The notes under the pieces are model-generated. The model did not search any database, was not told where the DNA came from, and was given only the letters and a program-made list of their open reading frames with translations. From assembly GCA_038207085.1 (NCBI GenBank), contig JBBRAE010000001.1, positions 32,001-96,000 of the forward strand: a stretch of DNA of 64,000 bases, in the 5' to 3' direction. This document shows positions 30,667 to 41,592 of this stretch, piece after piece (the first letter of the stretch is position 1; each line of letters begins with the position of its first letter). The stretch is from Armatimonadota bacterium (GTDB lineage: Bacteria > Armatimonadota > UBA5829 > DTLH01). Made by a program: the position numbers and the translations under genes.

Positions 30667-32853
30667 TTAGCTCACTGCGGCGAGCTGGAATCCTTCGAAT
30701 TTCTTGATCATCTCAGCGCGCAGGTCTCTTAACTCCGGCGCGCGCAGGTTCGGGTCTCGCTCGATCGTAAGAAACGCCTCTTTACGAGCGATCTCAAGTA
30801 TTGGGATGTCTTTGAAGATATCCGTAACCTTGAGTGCGGGCATCCCGCTCTGCCTGGTTCCGTAGAACTCACCCGGACCCCTGATTTTCAAATCTTCTTC
30901 GGCGATGGTGAACCCATCGTTGGTCTGGGTCATCACCCCAAGCCTGAGCGCCGCGTCCGCAGTCCCACCGTCGCCTACGAGCACGCAGTATGATTGCTCA
31001 GTGCCTCGTCCGACTCTTCCCCGAAGCTGATGAAGCTGGGCAAGCCCGAACCTTTGCGCGTCCTCGATCACCATAACGCCGGCATTCGGAACGTCGACTC
31101 CGACCTCGATCACCGTTGTCGCGACAAGCACATCGATCTCGCGCTCGCGAAACGCCTTCATAGCAGCGTCCTTTTCGGACGTTTTCATCTGACCGTGAAG
31201 CAGGCCAACTTTTAGATCAGCGAACACGTCACCCGCCAGATGCTCGTAAAGCTCCGTAGCCGCTCGCGCCTGCATCTTGTCCGATTCCTCAACAAGCGGG
31301 CAGACCACATAAGCCTGCTGGCCCTGCTCGACAAGCTTTCGAACTCCGTCATAGACGCGCTCGCGTTCATCGCTGCTCTTCCAATGCGTCTTGATCGGCT
31401 TTCGTCCGGGCGGAAGCTCGTCAATAATCGAAATCTCAAGGTCACCGTAGACCGTCAGCGTAAGCGTCCGCGGAATGGGCGTCGCAGTCATAACGAGCAC
31501 GTCGGGACTGAGTCCCTTTTCGCGCAAAGCCGCCCGCTGAAGCACACCGAATCGGTGCTGCTCGTCGACTATGACAAGCCCAAGTTGGGCGAACCCGACG
31601 CCTTCCTGTATCACAGCATGCGTTCCAATAACAAGCTTCGACTCACCGGACGCCGCCCGTGCCTGCGCTTCGCGCTTCTCTTTGGCTGTAAGGCTTCCGA
31701 TCAACAGGTCTACTTTTATATCAAGCTTCGCAAGCGACTCTGAAAGCCCCAGATAGTGCTGAGCTGCAAGAATCTCGGTCGGCGCCATGAGAGCCGACTG
31801 ATAGCCATTGGCTGCAGCGATCACAATCGCCGCCATCGCAACGGCGGTCTTTCCCGCGCCGACGTCTCCCTGGAGCAGCCGGTTCATGCAGTCCGGCTTT
31901 GCCATATCTGCGGCGATCTCAGCGATCACTCGCTTTTGCGCGCCCGTAAGCTCAAACGGCAGGTGTCCCTTAAAATCTTCTTCAAAACCTTCAGGTATCT
32001 GAAACGCGATACCACTTCCCGGAGCGTCACTTTCACGTTTCCTTATCGCAAGCGCAAGCTGCAGCATAAAGAGCTCTTCGAACACGAGTCTCTTGCGCGC
32101 GGCCTTGAGCGCTTCCAGGCTCTCTGGAAAGTGCATATTGCGAATCGCGTCGTGCGTGCCCATAAGGTCGAGCCGGTCCAAGAGCGTCACAGGCAGGACC
32201 TCTTTGACGAGTGACAAATAACCGTCGAGCGCGGTCAGCATCAGCTTCCGCATCTGCCCCTGCACCATGCCCTCGGTCAGAGGGTACACAGGAACGACCC
32301 GCTTCGCAGATATCGGGTCCTCGTCGGGCTTATACTCTTCCCACTCCGGGCTCTGGATCTCGATCCCCCAGCGCGACAGCTGAGCTGTTCCGTAGGCAAT
32401 GATCTCCTTGCCTCGCATTTTCAGGAACTTGTCTTTCAGCCAATGCTGGTTGAACCACGACAGAGTGGCGACCCCGGTGCCGTCGTCAATGGTGACCTTG
32501 GTGATGACAAAATTGCCACGCGGTCTTTGATTGTCCGCTGCGACGACTTTGCCTCTGATCGACACCTCTTCGCCACCGGAAAGACTCGCGATCTTTTCAG
32601 TCCGCGATCTGTCCTCGTGACGCCTGGGGAAGTGAAGAATCAGGTCACGTACGTTAAAAATGCCCAGCTTGCCGAGAACACGTGAGTTCCGTTCCCCGAC
32701 GCCCTTTACGTATTGCACGGGCGAGTCGAGTGTCCGAAACCCTGTGGCGACTTGCGCACCAGCCTTCACAGGCCGCGCACTTCTCGCCGTCGTGGACTCG
32801 GAAGTGGGTGTCCTATATCCTGCCCGAGGGCCTTTTTGCTCTGTACCTGCCAT
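30667..32853 (-). CDS. recG: ATP-dependent DNA helicase RecG
   Basis: QGDVGAGKT, DEQHRFG, TATPIPR, QLRGRVGR. Confidence 0.98.
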   Translation of the reverse strand: MAGTEQKGPRAGYRTPTSESTTARSARPVKAGAQVATGFRTLDSPVQYVKGVGERNSRVLGKLGIFNVRDLILHFPRRHEDRSRTEKIASLSGGEEVSIRGKVVAADNQRPRGNFVITKVTIDDGTGVATLSWFNQHWLKDKFLKMRGKEIIAYGTAQLSRWGIEIQSPEWEEYKPDEDPISAKRVVPVYPLTEGMVQGQMRKLMLTALDGYLSLVKEVLPVTLLDRLDLMGTHDAIRNMHFPESLEALKAARKRLVFEELFMLQLALAIRKRESDAPGSGIAFQIPEGFEEDFKGHLPFELTGAQKRVIAEIAADMAKPDCMNRLLQGDVGAGKTAVAMAAIVIAAANGYQSALMAPTEILAAQHYLGLSESLAKLDIKVDLLIGSLTAKEKREAQARAASGESKLVIGTHAVIQEGVGFAQLGLVIVDEQHRFGVLQRAALREKGLSPDVLVMTATPIPRTLTLTVYGDLEISIIDELPPGRKPIKTHWKSSDERERVYDGVRKLVEQGQQAYVVCPLVEESDKMQARAATELYEHLAGDVFADLKVGLLHGQMKTSEKDAAMKAFREREIDVLVATTVIEVGVDVPNAGVMVIEDAQRFGLAQLHQLRGRVGRGTEQSYCVLVGDGGTADAALRLGVMTQTNDGFTIAEEDLKIRGPGEFYGTRQSGMPALKVTDIFKDIPILEIARKEAFLTIERDPNLRAPELRDLRAEMIKKFEGFQLAAVS

Positions 32854-32878
32854 TCGGAACCCCCGCTTGGTCGTTCAA

Positions 32879-32907
32879 ATTATAAGTCTGCAACCCCCTT
32901 TTGTCAA
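32879..32907 (-). promoter_or_regulatory. perfect-consensus sigma70 promoter upstream of recG
   Basis: TTGACA-17-TATAAT. Confidence 0.88.
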
Positions 32908-33031
32908 GCAGCATGAGTCACAGAAAGCGGTCACATACAGTATATCAAATTGACGCTTGGGTGTAAAATATGCGAAAATAGACCTGGTAGATTCACTTGA
33001 CCTGAATGCCTGCTCGGTGGTACCCTAAGCT

Positions 33032-33481
33032 ATGATCATCGATAGACTCGAACGAGCACCGTTATATTATGGTCTGGGCGGGGGGATAGCCCGCGGGCTC
33101 AGGTGGCTTGCGGCAACCGACCTGGATGCCATCAGCCTTGGCCGTCACGACATCGACGGCTTCGACATCTGGGCTGGTGTGAACGAGTATGATACAAAGC
33201 CTGTCGAAAAAGGCCTCTGGGAGGCGCACGAGAAATATATTGATATACAATATATTGTGCGGGGCTCGGAGCGAATGGGTTGGACGGATATCGAGCGGCT
33301 TCATGTCTCAAAGGAATACGACGAAGCGCGCGATGTGGTGTTCTTGGACGGAAATGGCGACCTCATTCTCGTGCCTGAAGGATCATTTGTTATATTCTTC
33401 CCTCATGACGGACATATGCCGATGATAGCGGCCGATTCTCCTGCTCAGGTTCGAAAAGTTGTAGTCAAGGTCGCGCTTTAA
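33032..33481 (+). CDS. YhcH/YjgK/YiaL (NanQ/TabA) family protein
   Basis: EAHEKYIDIQY, FFPHDGHMP, KVVVKV. Confidence 0.92.
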   Translation: MIIDRLERAPLYYGLGGGIARGLRWLAATDLDAISLGRHDIDGFDIWAGVNEYDTKPVEKGLWEAHEKYIDIQYIVRGSERMGWTDIERLHVSKEYDEARDVVFLDGNGDLILVPEGSFVIFFPHDGHMPMIAADSPAQVRKVVVKVAL

Positions 33482-33596
33482 GCTGACACTTTTTCAACGA
33501 AACGACGATTTTAAACACGTCTGCCCGCTGGGAATGGGTATACCTTAAGCAGAATTTGCTGTATCCTTATTAGTAGAGAACGGTGGGTGAGACACT

Positions 33597-34517
33597 ATGA
33601 TTACACAGGTTGCACGCGCAGTTGATATAAAACAGTTCCTGCGCGGCGTTGTAAAAGAAAACGAGATGATGTCGCTGCACACCACTTACGGTGTTGGTGG
33701 CCCGGCGGATGTTTATGTGGAACCGGCGGATGCCGATGACGTCGCAGAGCTGATGGCTTGGGCTACAAGAAACGAGATCCCCTGGATTGTCTTTGGAGGC
33801 GGCGCAAACTTGCTGGTTTCCGATAAGGGCATTCGCGGTCTCGTGATTCATCTCGGACGGGCTTTCGCCAAGATTCGTGTAGAGGAAAATCAGATGATTG
33901 CCGGCGCGGGAGCCATCTTGCAGAAGGTGATTCAGGCTTCGGCGGACGCTGGTCTATCGGGCCTTGAGTTTGCGACGGCTGTTCCGGGCACTGTTGGCGG
34001 CGCTATCGTGATGAACGGGGGCACGCATCTGGGCCGGGTAGGGGACGTGGTTGAGTCAGTTGAGATCGTCACTGGCACGGGCGAGAAAGTGCTGTTTAGT
34101 CGTGAAGATCTTGAGTTTGACTACAGGTGGAGCATGCTTCAGACTGACAAGACCAAGATCGTGACTGAGGCTACATTTGGTCTTAAGCGATCGAGCAAGC
34201 TTGCAGTGATGCGCATAGTCGAGCAACTCCGTCAGCGCAGAGCGCAGACCCAGCCGACTCTTGGCCGAAGCGCGGGTTGTATGTTCAAGAACCCGCCTGG
34301 GGATCGCACTGCCGGTTGGCTTATCGACGAAGCAGGCCTTAAGGGCACGCGAATCGGCGATGCGATGGTCTCCGACAGGCATGCAAACTTCATCATAAAT
34401 GTGGGGAGTTCGTCGGCTACACAACTAAAGGCCGTTGCCGACTTGGTGCACGCCAAAATCAAAGAAGTTTACGATATTGATCTTGAGTTTGAAGTAAGGA
34501 TTGTAGGAGACTGGTAG
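33597..34517 (+). CDS. murB: UDP-N-acetylenolpyruvoylglucosamine reductase
   Basis: GGPAD, PGTVGGAIVMNGG, SAGCMFKNP, HANF. Confidence 0.96.
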   Translation: MITQVARAVDIKQFLRGVVKENEMMSLHTTYGVGGPADVYVEPADADDVAELMAWATRNEIPWIVFGGGANLLVSDKGIRGLVIHLGRAFAKIRVEENQMIAGAGAILQKVIQASADAGLSGLEFATAVPGTVGGAIVMNGGTHLGRVGDVVESVEIVTGTGEKVLFSREDLEFDYRWSMLQTDKTKIVTEATFGLKRSSKLAVMRIVEQLRQRRAQTQPTLGRSAGCMFKNPPGDRTAGWLIDEAGLKGTRIGDAMVSDRHANFIINVGSSSATQLKAVADLVHAKIKEVYDIDLEFEVRIVGDW

Positions 34518-34521
34518 ATTA

Positions 34522-35559
34522 GTGGACGGGAAGCTGAAGGTTGCAGTGCTGATGGGTGGGCTTTCGAGTGAGAGAGCCGTTTCGCTTTCGACGGGAAGAA
34601 TGATCCTTGAGGCGCTTGATAGAGACAAATACGCTGTTGTGCCGGTAGACGCGGCGTTGATTTCCGGCACGAACCGCAAGGTGCTTGCCGGATGCATGCA
34701 GCCGGTCGCTGCGATCTCCGAGGCCGAAAAGGCGCTGGCAGTTGTTGGTCCGCTTGCTTCGGTTGCAGAGATGTCGAATGGCCGCTCCGTAGACGTTGCC
34801 TTTATCGCTCTTCACGGCAAGTTCGGTGAGGACGGCACTATCCAGGGACTTCTTGAGCTCTTAGGCCTTCCTTACACTGGCTCGGGCGTGCTCGCAAGCG
34901 CGTTGGCGATCGACAAGATCGCCTCCAAGCGTGTGATGCGTCAGGCCGGGGTCTCGATGCCTGACTCTGTCGACATCACCCGCCGCTCAGAACTTAAGCA
35001 TCGCGACATCGTAGCTGAAGTCGCGCCTCTTGGTTACCCTGTTATGGTGAAGCCGAGTAAGCAGGGTTCAACTATCGGTATGAGCAAGGTCGAAAACGCA
35101 GGTGAATTGCTTGCGGCCATCGAAGAAGCATTTAAATACGATTCGCAGGTTCTAGTCGAGCAGTTCGTCTATGGCACAGAGATCACCGTCGGTGTGCTCG
35201 GCAACTCGGAGCCCGATGTTCTTCCCATCGTCGAGATCGTCCCGGCGAAGGGGATATACGATTTTGAGGCCAAATACACGCCTGGCGCCACTGAGGAGAT
35301 CGTTCCAGCGAGAATTTCTGATAACGCCGCCAGCCGCGCTCGCGAGCTTGCGCTTATGTCTCATGCAGCGCTTGGCTGCAGAGGGATGTCGCGCGTTGAT
35401 ATGATTGTACAGTCGGATGATGAGCTGGTCGTGCTTGAGGTGAATACTATCCCCGGCATGACCCCGACTAGCCTTCTGCCGACCGCCGCCAAAGCCGCGG
35501 GAATCGAGTTTCCAGAGCTGCTTGACAGGATTATTCAGCTCGCTCTGGAGGAGGACTGA
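34522..35559 (+). CDS. ddl: D-alanine--D-alanine ligase
   Basis: GGLSSER, LHGKFGEDG, YDFEAKY, EVNTIPGMT. Confidence 0.97.
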   Translation: MDGKLKVAVLMGGLSSERAVSLSTGRMILEALDRDKYAVVPVDAALISGTNRKVLAGCMQPVAAISEAEKALAVVGPLASVAEMSNGRSVDVAFIALHGKFGEDGTIQGLLELLGLPYTGSGVLASALAIDKIASKRVMRQAGVSMPDSVDITRRSELKHRDIVAEVAPLGYPVMVKPSKQGSTIGMSKVENAGELLAAIEEAFKYDSQVLVEQFVYGTEITVGVLGNSEPDVLPIVEIVPAKGIYDFEAKYTPGATEEIVPARISDNAASRARELALMSHAALGCRGMSRVDMIVQSDDELVVLEVNTIPGMTPTSLLPTAAKAAGIEFPELLDRIIQLALEED

Positions 35560-35561
35560 GT

Positions 35562-36386
35562 TTGAGCTCGGCAGGTTCCTCTCGCAGAGTTACCCGTCAT
35601 ACCGCAAGCCACAAGAAGCAACGGCGAAACAAGCGCCGGTTCAACTTTCGTCGTCTGGTTATGCCGCTTTTCGTGCTCGCCATCGGGGCTGGCGTTGGAT
35701 ACGGTGTTAATCAGTTGATGACGACGCCGTCGCTTGCCGTGCGGGAGATCAGAGTCGGTGGCACGAGACTGATCACGCCGCACGCTGTCAGACTTGATGC
35801 AGCCCAGGCTCTCGGCAAGAACATTTTGGCTTTGAAGACCTCTGCCATAGCGCTAAAGGTCGAGAAGCGGCCTGAGGTCAAATCTGTTGAGATTGGCCGC
35901 AGGCTCCCAAAGACGATTATATTACGCGTCACAGAGCGGACACCGTTCGTGAACGTGACAAATGGATCAGGGATCTGGCTGGCAGACGCCAGGGGCCTGC
36001 CATTTCACCGAGTCAACGCTGCGAAGAAGTCGATACCAACGGTCATGCTTCCTGCTGAAGTGACGATCGTTGCAGGCAGAAAAGTGGCCCACACCGGCCT
36101 CGATAGTGCGATCAGGTGCATCGAGTCCGGGCCGGAGCTTGCGGGTCGTATCGCCAAAATTTCCGTTGACCGGGCGGGCAATCTGTGCTTAAATATTGGG
36201 AGTGACTTTTATGTGAAGTTAGGGCAGCCAATTGAGATTCCTCAGAAGATGAGAGAACTCACAAGGATGCTTGCCGCTCAGCCGGAAATCGGTGACAAAG
36301 TTGAATATATCAACCTGAGCTGCTACGACAGACCGGCTATCAAGCCGAAACCTGCGCCGGAATCGAAATCCGACGCGAACACTTAA
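35562..36386 (+). CDS. ftsQ: cell division protein FtsQ/DivIB
   Basis: Basic N-terminus, single TM, POTRA-like domain (RRLPKTIILRVTER); dcw position. Confidence 0.85.
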   Translation: MSSAGSSRRVTRHTASHKKQRRNKRRFNFRRLVMPLFVLAIGAGVGYGVNQLMTTPSLAVREIRVGGTRLITPHAVRLDAAQALGKNILALKTSAIALKVEKRPEVKSVEIGRRLPKTIILRVTERTPFVNVTNGSGIWLADARGLPFHRVNAAKKSIPTVMLPAEVTIVAGRKVAHTGLDSAIRCIESGPELAGRIAKISVDRAGNLCLNIGSDFYVKLGQPIEIPQKMRELTRMLAAQPEIGDKVEYINLSCYDRPAIKPKPAPESKSDANT

Positions 36387-36401
36387 ACTGGATGTGCTCA
36401 G

Positions 36402-37136
36402 GTGGACAGTAAACACAGCAGAGGCTGGATAATCAGGATTACCTTTTTGTGCGCGATACTCGGCATGCTCATCGCGGCGTCACTTAGGACGCAGGGCAAT
36501 ATCAGGCGCAACTACGGCGTTGCCGGGATGAGGTTTGACGAGCTTGCCGGACTCTATCAGGGCAAGAGCCGGGAAAACGACCGGCTCAGGCTGCAGATCG
36601 AGAACCTTGAAAAGAAGAATACCGATCTTCTAAACACAATGGCTGCAGGCACGAGCGAAACCAGTGCCATTAACAAGGAGTTGCAGGAAGCAAAGTTCCT
36701 CGCGGGCCTTACCGAGCTTGAGGGCTCCGGGCTTACCGTGACTCTCCGCGACAGCCAGAAGAAAGACGTGGATACAGACCTGATGGACATTCAGGCCTAT
36801 ATCATTCACGATCTTGACATAAGAGATATTACAAATGAGCTTAAAGCCGCAGGCGCAGAGGCTGTGTCGGTTAATGGCCAGAGGCTCACTGCGACGTCGG
36901 CGATTCGATGCGCTGGCCCCGTCATTCTTGTTAACGATGTTGATGTTGCCGCGCCGTATGTCATCAAGGCGGTCGGCGAGCCGAAGACGCTTGAAAGCGC
37001 CCTTCGGATGCGGGGTGGCATAGTTGAGAGACTGCCCGATCCCAAGATGATCGAGATTCAGCAGTCACAGAAGGTTGGAATTGAGCCGTTTAGCGGCAGT
37101 AGGCAATTCCGATACGCTCATAAGGTTGAAGATTAG
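36402..37136 (+). CDS. DUF881 family protein (YlxX-like)
   Basis: AGLTELEGSG, IHDLDI, AAGAEAVSVNGQR, SAIRCAG. Confidence 0.92.
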   Translation: MDSKHSRGWIIRITFLCAILGMLIAASLRTQGNIRRNYGVAGMRFDELAGLYQGKSRENDRLRLQIENLEKKNTDLLNTMAAGTSETSAINKELQEAKFLAGLTELEGSGLTVTLRDSQKKDVDTDLMDIQAYIIHDLDIRDITNELKAAGAEAVSVNGQRLTATSAIRCAGPVILVNDVDVAAPYVIKAVGEPKTLESALRMRGGIVERLPDPKMIEIQQSQKVGIEPFSGSRQFRYAHKVED

Positions 37137-37196
37137 TAAGTTTAGGACGGGCCTGCGCATGCTGGGTCCGGTGACAAAAGAGAGGTCATAAGGACT

Positions 37197-37559
37197 ATGT
37201 CTTGGTTGCCCGTGGTGGGGCTCATACTCGGCTTCGCACTCATCTACGGGACAGGAATTACCGTGCCCAGCCAGTATGCGAGCTATTTGTCGCTTGCCAC
37301 ACTTGCTGGGCTCGACTCGATTTTTGGCGGAGTGAGAGCTGCGCTGGAAGGAAAGTTCCACGATGACATTTTCCTGTCTGGTTTCTTTGTTAATACGATC
37401 CTGGCCGGTGTCCTTGCCTGGGTCGGCGATCAACTCGGGGTGAACCTGTTATTTGCCGCGGTTGTTGTACTTGGCGGCAGGATCTTCCTGAACCTTTCGC
37501 TGATTCGTAGATACTGGCTTACCAAGGTTGCTCTCTCTAAGCGGGAGAAGGGCAGCTAG
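37197..37559 (+). CDS. sbp: small basic protein (DUF1290)
   Basis: YLSLATLAGLDSIFGG, FLSGFFVN, RIFLNLSLIRR. Confidence 0.88.
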   Translation: MSWLPVVGLILGFALIYGTGITVPSQYASYLSLATLAGLDSIFGGVRAALEGKFHDDIFLSGFFVNTILAGVLAWVGDQLGVNLLFAAVVVLGGRIFLNLSLIRRYWLTKVALSKREKGS

Positions 37560-37683
37560 GCAGGCGGCAGGAACGGAATATTGGTTCTCTGCCGTATACG
37601 TAACGGACAAATGAATATTTTGAACTGCTGGTCAGCATACAGGTGTAAACTAATGGCATGCTGTGCTTTCCAGGGAGGATTCA

Positions 37684-38925
37684 GTGGCTAAAAGCGAGAT
37701 TTTCGCCGGACTTGATATTGGATCAACGAAGGTGTGCACGACCGTAGCCGAGGTGTACGAGGACGGGCGTGTTGATATTATTGGGGTGGGGCTAGCTCCC
37801 TGCTCTGGACTAAAGCGCGGTGTGGTGGTCGATATGGACGCGACCTCGACGGCGATACGTGACTCGGTTGACCTCGCGCAGAGGATCTCCGGAGCGGAGA
37901 TTCACACTGCTGTAGTTGGAGTCACCGGAGAACACGTTTCTTCGCTGAACAGCCCCGGGCGCGTTGCGGTAACTCAGGACGATCATGAGATCAGGCGCGA
38001 ACATGTCGAGCGCGTGCTCGATGCAAGCCGGGTCATCGTTCTTCCTCCGGAGCGCGAGATTATTCACGCGATACCGCGTGGTTTTACAGTCGACGGTCAG
38101 GGTGGCATCAAAGACCCGCTTGGTATGGCCGGCAGGCGTCTTGAAGTTGAGACCCACGTCGTTACAGGCTCCAAGAGCTTCCTTCAGAACATCGTAAGGA
38201 GCACTCAGAAGGCCAACATCGAAGTCGAGGCTACAGTCCTTGGCTCCATTGCCTCTGGTCTTGCTGTCACGAACCAGGAGGAACGCGACCTCGGAGTCGG
38301 CGTCGTCGACATCGGCGGTGGGACGACCGACATTGCAATTTTTGTCGATGGTGAGATATTCTATACGGCTGTTCTGCCTGTTGGTGGCAGCCACATCACC
38401 CACGACCTCGCTGTTGGCCTTCAGACCTCGCAGGAGGAAGCTGAGAAGGCGAAAAGGGAGGCGGGTTGTGCTCGCGTAGATATGGTCGACCCGAACCAGA
38501 CAGTTCATGTCGCCGCGCTTGGAGCTGCTGAGTCAAAGCCGGTTCCGAAGCATATTCTTGCCGCGCTGATCGAGCCGCGCGTCGAGGAGATATTTGAGAT
38601 GATTCGCCGGGAGATCGATCGCTCCGGCTACCTCGGACTCCTTCCTATGGGAATTGCTCTCACGGGTGGAAGTTCGCTTATGCCGGGTATGGTCGATACC
38701 GCGACCCGGATTCTTGAGACGCCTTCGAGGCTTGAAATGCCCCGTGGCGTTGGTGGAATGGTGGACTCTGTTGCCAATCCGATCTACGCTACCTCTGTCG
38801 GCCTTGTGCTTTATGCGGCGCGACACAGGGTAGTTACTCAGACGGATGGTCGCAATGGCAGTCTGCTTAACAACGTAGTAAACGGCGTGACCGCATGGTT
38901 CCGCCAGAGAACGAAATCACGTTAA
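37684..38925 (+). CDS. ftsA: cell division protein FtsA
   Basis: LDIGSTK, DIGGGTT; GTG start with GGGAGG RBS. Confidence 0.96.
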   Translation: MAKSEIFAGLDIGSTKVCTTVAEVYEDGRVDIIGVGLAPCSGLKRGVVVDMDATSTAIRDSVDLAQRISGAEIHTAVVGVTGEHVSSLNSPGRVAVTQDDHEIRREHVERVLDASRVIVLPPEREIIHAIPRGFTVDGQGGIKDPLGMAGRRLEVETHVVTGSKSFLQNIVRSTQKANIEVEATVLGSIASGLAVTNQEERDLGVGVVDIGGGTTDIAIFVDGEIFYTAVLPVGGSHITHDLAVGLQTSQEEAEKAKREAGCARVDMVDPNQTVHVAALGAAESKPVPKHILAALIEPRVEEIFEMIRREIDRSGYLGLLPMGIALTGGSSLMPGMVDTATRILETPSRLEMPRGVGGMVDSVANPIYATSVGLVLYAARHRVVTQTDGRNGSLLNNVVNGVTAWFRQRTKSR

Positions 38926-38983
38926 CTATACCGCGCCAGTCGCGGATCGTTTTTACGCTTTTGGACAAGAGAGGAGCGCGCTG

Positions 38984-40084
38984 ATGATGGCACATGGCGA
39001 GGAACGCTACGCCAAAATCAAAGTTATAGGTTGCGGCGGCGGTGGGAGCAACGCTGTCAACCGTATGATCGAAGCCGGGGTTTCCGGTGTCGACTTCATA
39101 TCGATGAACACAGACCTGCAGGTGCTGAACCTCGCGGGCGCTGAGCATAGGCTGCAGCTGGGAGAGAACCTCACGAGGGGTCTCGGAGCCGGTGGCGACC
39201 CTGAGATCGGCCGTCGCGCAGCTGAGGAGTCCAAACAGGACATCAGGCGCCTGCTTGAAGGTTCTGACATGGTCTTCATCACCGCTGGTATGGGTGGTGG
39301 CACGGGAACTGGTGCTGCTGCTGTTATCGCCGAGATATCCAAAGAGCTCGGCGCGCTGACCGTTGCGGTGGTCACCAGGCCGTTCGGCTTTGAAGGCGCA
39401 AAGAGGGCGAGATCGGCTGAGACCGGCATCGAGTCACTGCGCGACAAGGTCGACACGATGATCACCATCCCGAACGACCGAATCCTCTCTGTTGTAGAGA
39501 AGAAGGCGACTCTCACCGACGCTTTCCGTATCGCTGACGACGTTCTGCGCCAGGGTGTGCAGGGCATCTCCGACATCATCACCATTCCAGGTATGATCAA
39601 CGTCGACTTCGCTGATGTGAAGGCGATTATGGAGAACCAGGGATCGGCGCTTATGGGCATCGGTCACGGCGTTGGCGAGCAGAGAGCCATACACGCAGCT
39701 CAGGCTGCTATCGCGAGCCCGCTGCTTGAGACATCGATCGACGGAGCGCGCGGTGTGCTTTTGAACATCACCGGTGGTCTTGACCTCACATTGAACGAGG
39801 TCTACGAAGCCGCCGAGGTCATCTACAAGTCGACCGATGAGGAGCACGTCAATATCATCTTCGGAACCGTTGTTGATGAGAGAATGGAAGGCGAAGTCAG
39901 GATTACTGTTCTTGCCACCGGCTTTGATGTCAACCGGCCGGAGCGTCCTTCTGCGCGCTATGAAGGCAAGTCCGAGCCGACCTCAGAGCCCCAGCAGGCC
40001 GCAAAGCCGCTGGTCGAGGAGCCGGTACCAGTTGCGATGGGCGAGAGCGAACTCGACATCCCCGCGTTCCTGAGAAGAAGATAA
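38984..40084 (+). CDS. ftsZ: cell division protein FtsZ
   Basis: [23 protein letters not shown] tail. Confidence 0.99.
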   Translation: MMAHGEERYAKIKVIGCGGGGSNAVNRMIEAGVSGVDFISMNTDLQVLNLAGAEHRLQLGENLTRGLGAGGDPEIGRRAAEESKQDIRRLLEGSDMVFITAGMGGGTGTGAAAVIAEISKELGALTVAVVTRPFGFEGAKRARSAETGIESLRDKVDTMITIPNDRILSVVEKKATLTDAFRIADDVLRQGVQGISDIITIPGMINVDFADVKAIMENQGSALMGIGHGVGEQRAIHAAQAAIASPLLETSIDGARGVLLNITGGLDLTLNEVYEAAEVIYKSTDEEHVNIIFGTVVDERMEGEVRITVLATGFDVNRPERPSARYEGKSEPTSEPQQAAKPLVEEPVPVAMGESELDIPAFLRRR

Positions 40085-40130
40085 TACGGTAGGCTGGGGG
40101 ACAGTCCCCGGCTCTACGATTAGCATACAC

Positions 40131-40166
40131 CGGCCCGGAGTCACGTGATTCCGGGCCGTTTTCTTT
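40131..40166 (+). terminator. intrinsic terminator after ftsZ
   Basis: CGGCCCGGA...TCCGGGCCG followed by TTTTCTTT. Confidence 0.8.
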
Positions 40167-40180
40167 CGATAAGGCTGTAT

Positions 40181-41437
40181 ATGAGCGAGATACAAAGAAC
40201 AGTTGTCGTGATTGGGGCCGGTGCTGGTGGGCTGATGGCCGCCGGTCGAGCCGCCGAGTCTGGGGCCAGGGTTGTTCTCCTTGAGAAGGGGCCAAGGACT
40301 GGTAGGAAGCTCCGAATCTGCGGGAAGGGGAGAGCAAACGTTACAAACACCGCAGGGATCCAGGACTTCATCAAAGCCTTTGGTGACAACGGCAAGTTCC
40401 TGTATGGCGCGTTTTCTCGGTTCTTCTCAAACCACCTTATGCTGCACCTCGACCGCTTGGGCGTTCCGACAAAAGTCGAACGCGGCGGCAGAGTGTTCCC
40501 AGTATCCGACGATGCTGACGACGTCGCAAACGCGCTTGAGCGATGGTGCAAGCAGTCGGGCGTTGCTCTGCGTACAAACCAGAGCGTGCTTCAGGTGCTC
40601 ACCGGCAGCGACGGAGTTGAGGGTGTCATGACCCCTACCGGGATGATCGAAGCCGACGCAGTCATTCTCGCTACAGGCGGTATCACCTATCCGGCAACGG
40701 GATCAACGGGCGACGGCTACCGAATAGCCAAAGACCTCGGTCATCACTTGGTCGAGCCAAGGCCAGCGCTAACGGCAATGACTACGGCTGAAAAGTGGGT
40801 AGAGGAGCTTCAGGGCTTAACTCTGAAGAACGTCGAGGTACGCTTGCTTATCTCCAAAGAAGACGGCAGCCCCAAGCGTATCGCCAAACAGTTTGGAGAG
40901 ATGCTCTTCACCCATTTCGGCGTGTCCGGCCCAATTATCCTAACACTCAGCCGAACAGTGCTGGATCATCTCAAAACCGGAAAGATGGAGCTCTCCATCA
41001 ACCTAAAACCCGCGCTATCCGATGAACAGCTAACCCAGCGCTTTATCCGGGACTTCACCGGCACCCGTCACTTCAGAAACTATCTGGGTGATCTCCTCCC
41101 TCGGACGCTGATCCCGGTCTACGGGAGCCTGACAGGCATTCCAAGCGACCTGCCGATCAACAAGATCAACGCCGCCCAGCGTCGGAAAATGATCGATCTC
41201 CTGCACGACTTCCGCGTGACCGTAACCGGCCTGCGCCCCCCTGAGGAGGCGATAGTCACTGCCGGTGGCGTCGATATCCGAGAGATCAACCCGAAGACTA
41301 TGGAGTCGAAGGTCGTCAAGGGGCTTTACTTGGTCGGTGAGGTCATTGATATAGATGCGACAACTGGGGGCTACAATCTGCAAGCTGCATTTTCGACGGG
41401 CTGGGTTGCGGGGGAGTCAAGCGCAGCTTCAAGTTAG
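40181..41437 (+). CDS. HI0933/BaiN-like NAD(P)/FAD-dependent flavoprotein
   Basis: GAGAGG, GKGRANVTN, LFTHFGVSGP, TAGGV, GGYNLQ. Confidence 0.93.
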   Translation: MSEIQRTVVVIGAGAGGLMAAGRAAESGARVVLLEKGPRTGRKLRICGKGRANVTNTAGIQDFIKAFGDNGKFLYGAFSRFFSNHLMLHLDRLGVPTKVERGGRVFPVSDDADDVANALERWCKQSGVALRTNQSVLQVLTGSDGVEGVMTPTGMIEADAVILATGGITYPATGSTGDGYRIAKDLGHHLVEPRPALTAMTTAEKWVEELQGLTLKNVEVRLLISKEDGSPKRIAKQFGEMLFTHFGVSGPIILTLSRTVLDHLKTGKMELSINLKPALSDEQLTQRFIRDFTGTRHFRNYLGDLLPRTLIPVYGSLTGIPSDLPINKINAAQRRKMIDLLHDFRVTVTGLRPPEEAIVTAGGVDIREINPKTMESKVVKGLYLVGEVIDIDATTGGYNLQAAFSTGWVAGESSAASS

Positions 41438-41550
41438 CATAAGAGAATATTGGCTAAATATTATGTTAACTACGCGTAGCATTATGTTAACACTGGTGAA
41501 GTGTGCACTAACCCGGGATGTTGCGAGACCAAGTGATAGGTGGAGGGAAG

Positions 41551-41584
41551 TGTTGTGGTCCCAACCTGCGTCAGGACCACAACA
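41551..41584. terminator. hairpin downstream of araB
   Basis: TGTTGTGGTCC...GGACCACAACA 11-bp stem. Confidence 0.6.
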
Positions 41585-41592
41585 GATTACTA

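Noticed and set aside
33508..33541. SigB-like promoter upstream of murB
   Set aside because: The -35 match is poor, and the sequence is equally explained as an extended -10 sigma70 site.
40093..40112. GGGGACAGTCCCC palindrome resembling the hairpin at 47159-47184
   Set aside because: Only two short, non-identical copies, both at gene 3' ends; adequately explained as terminator-like hairpins.
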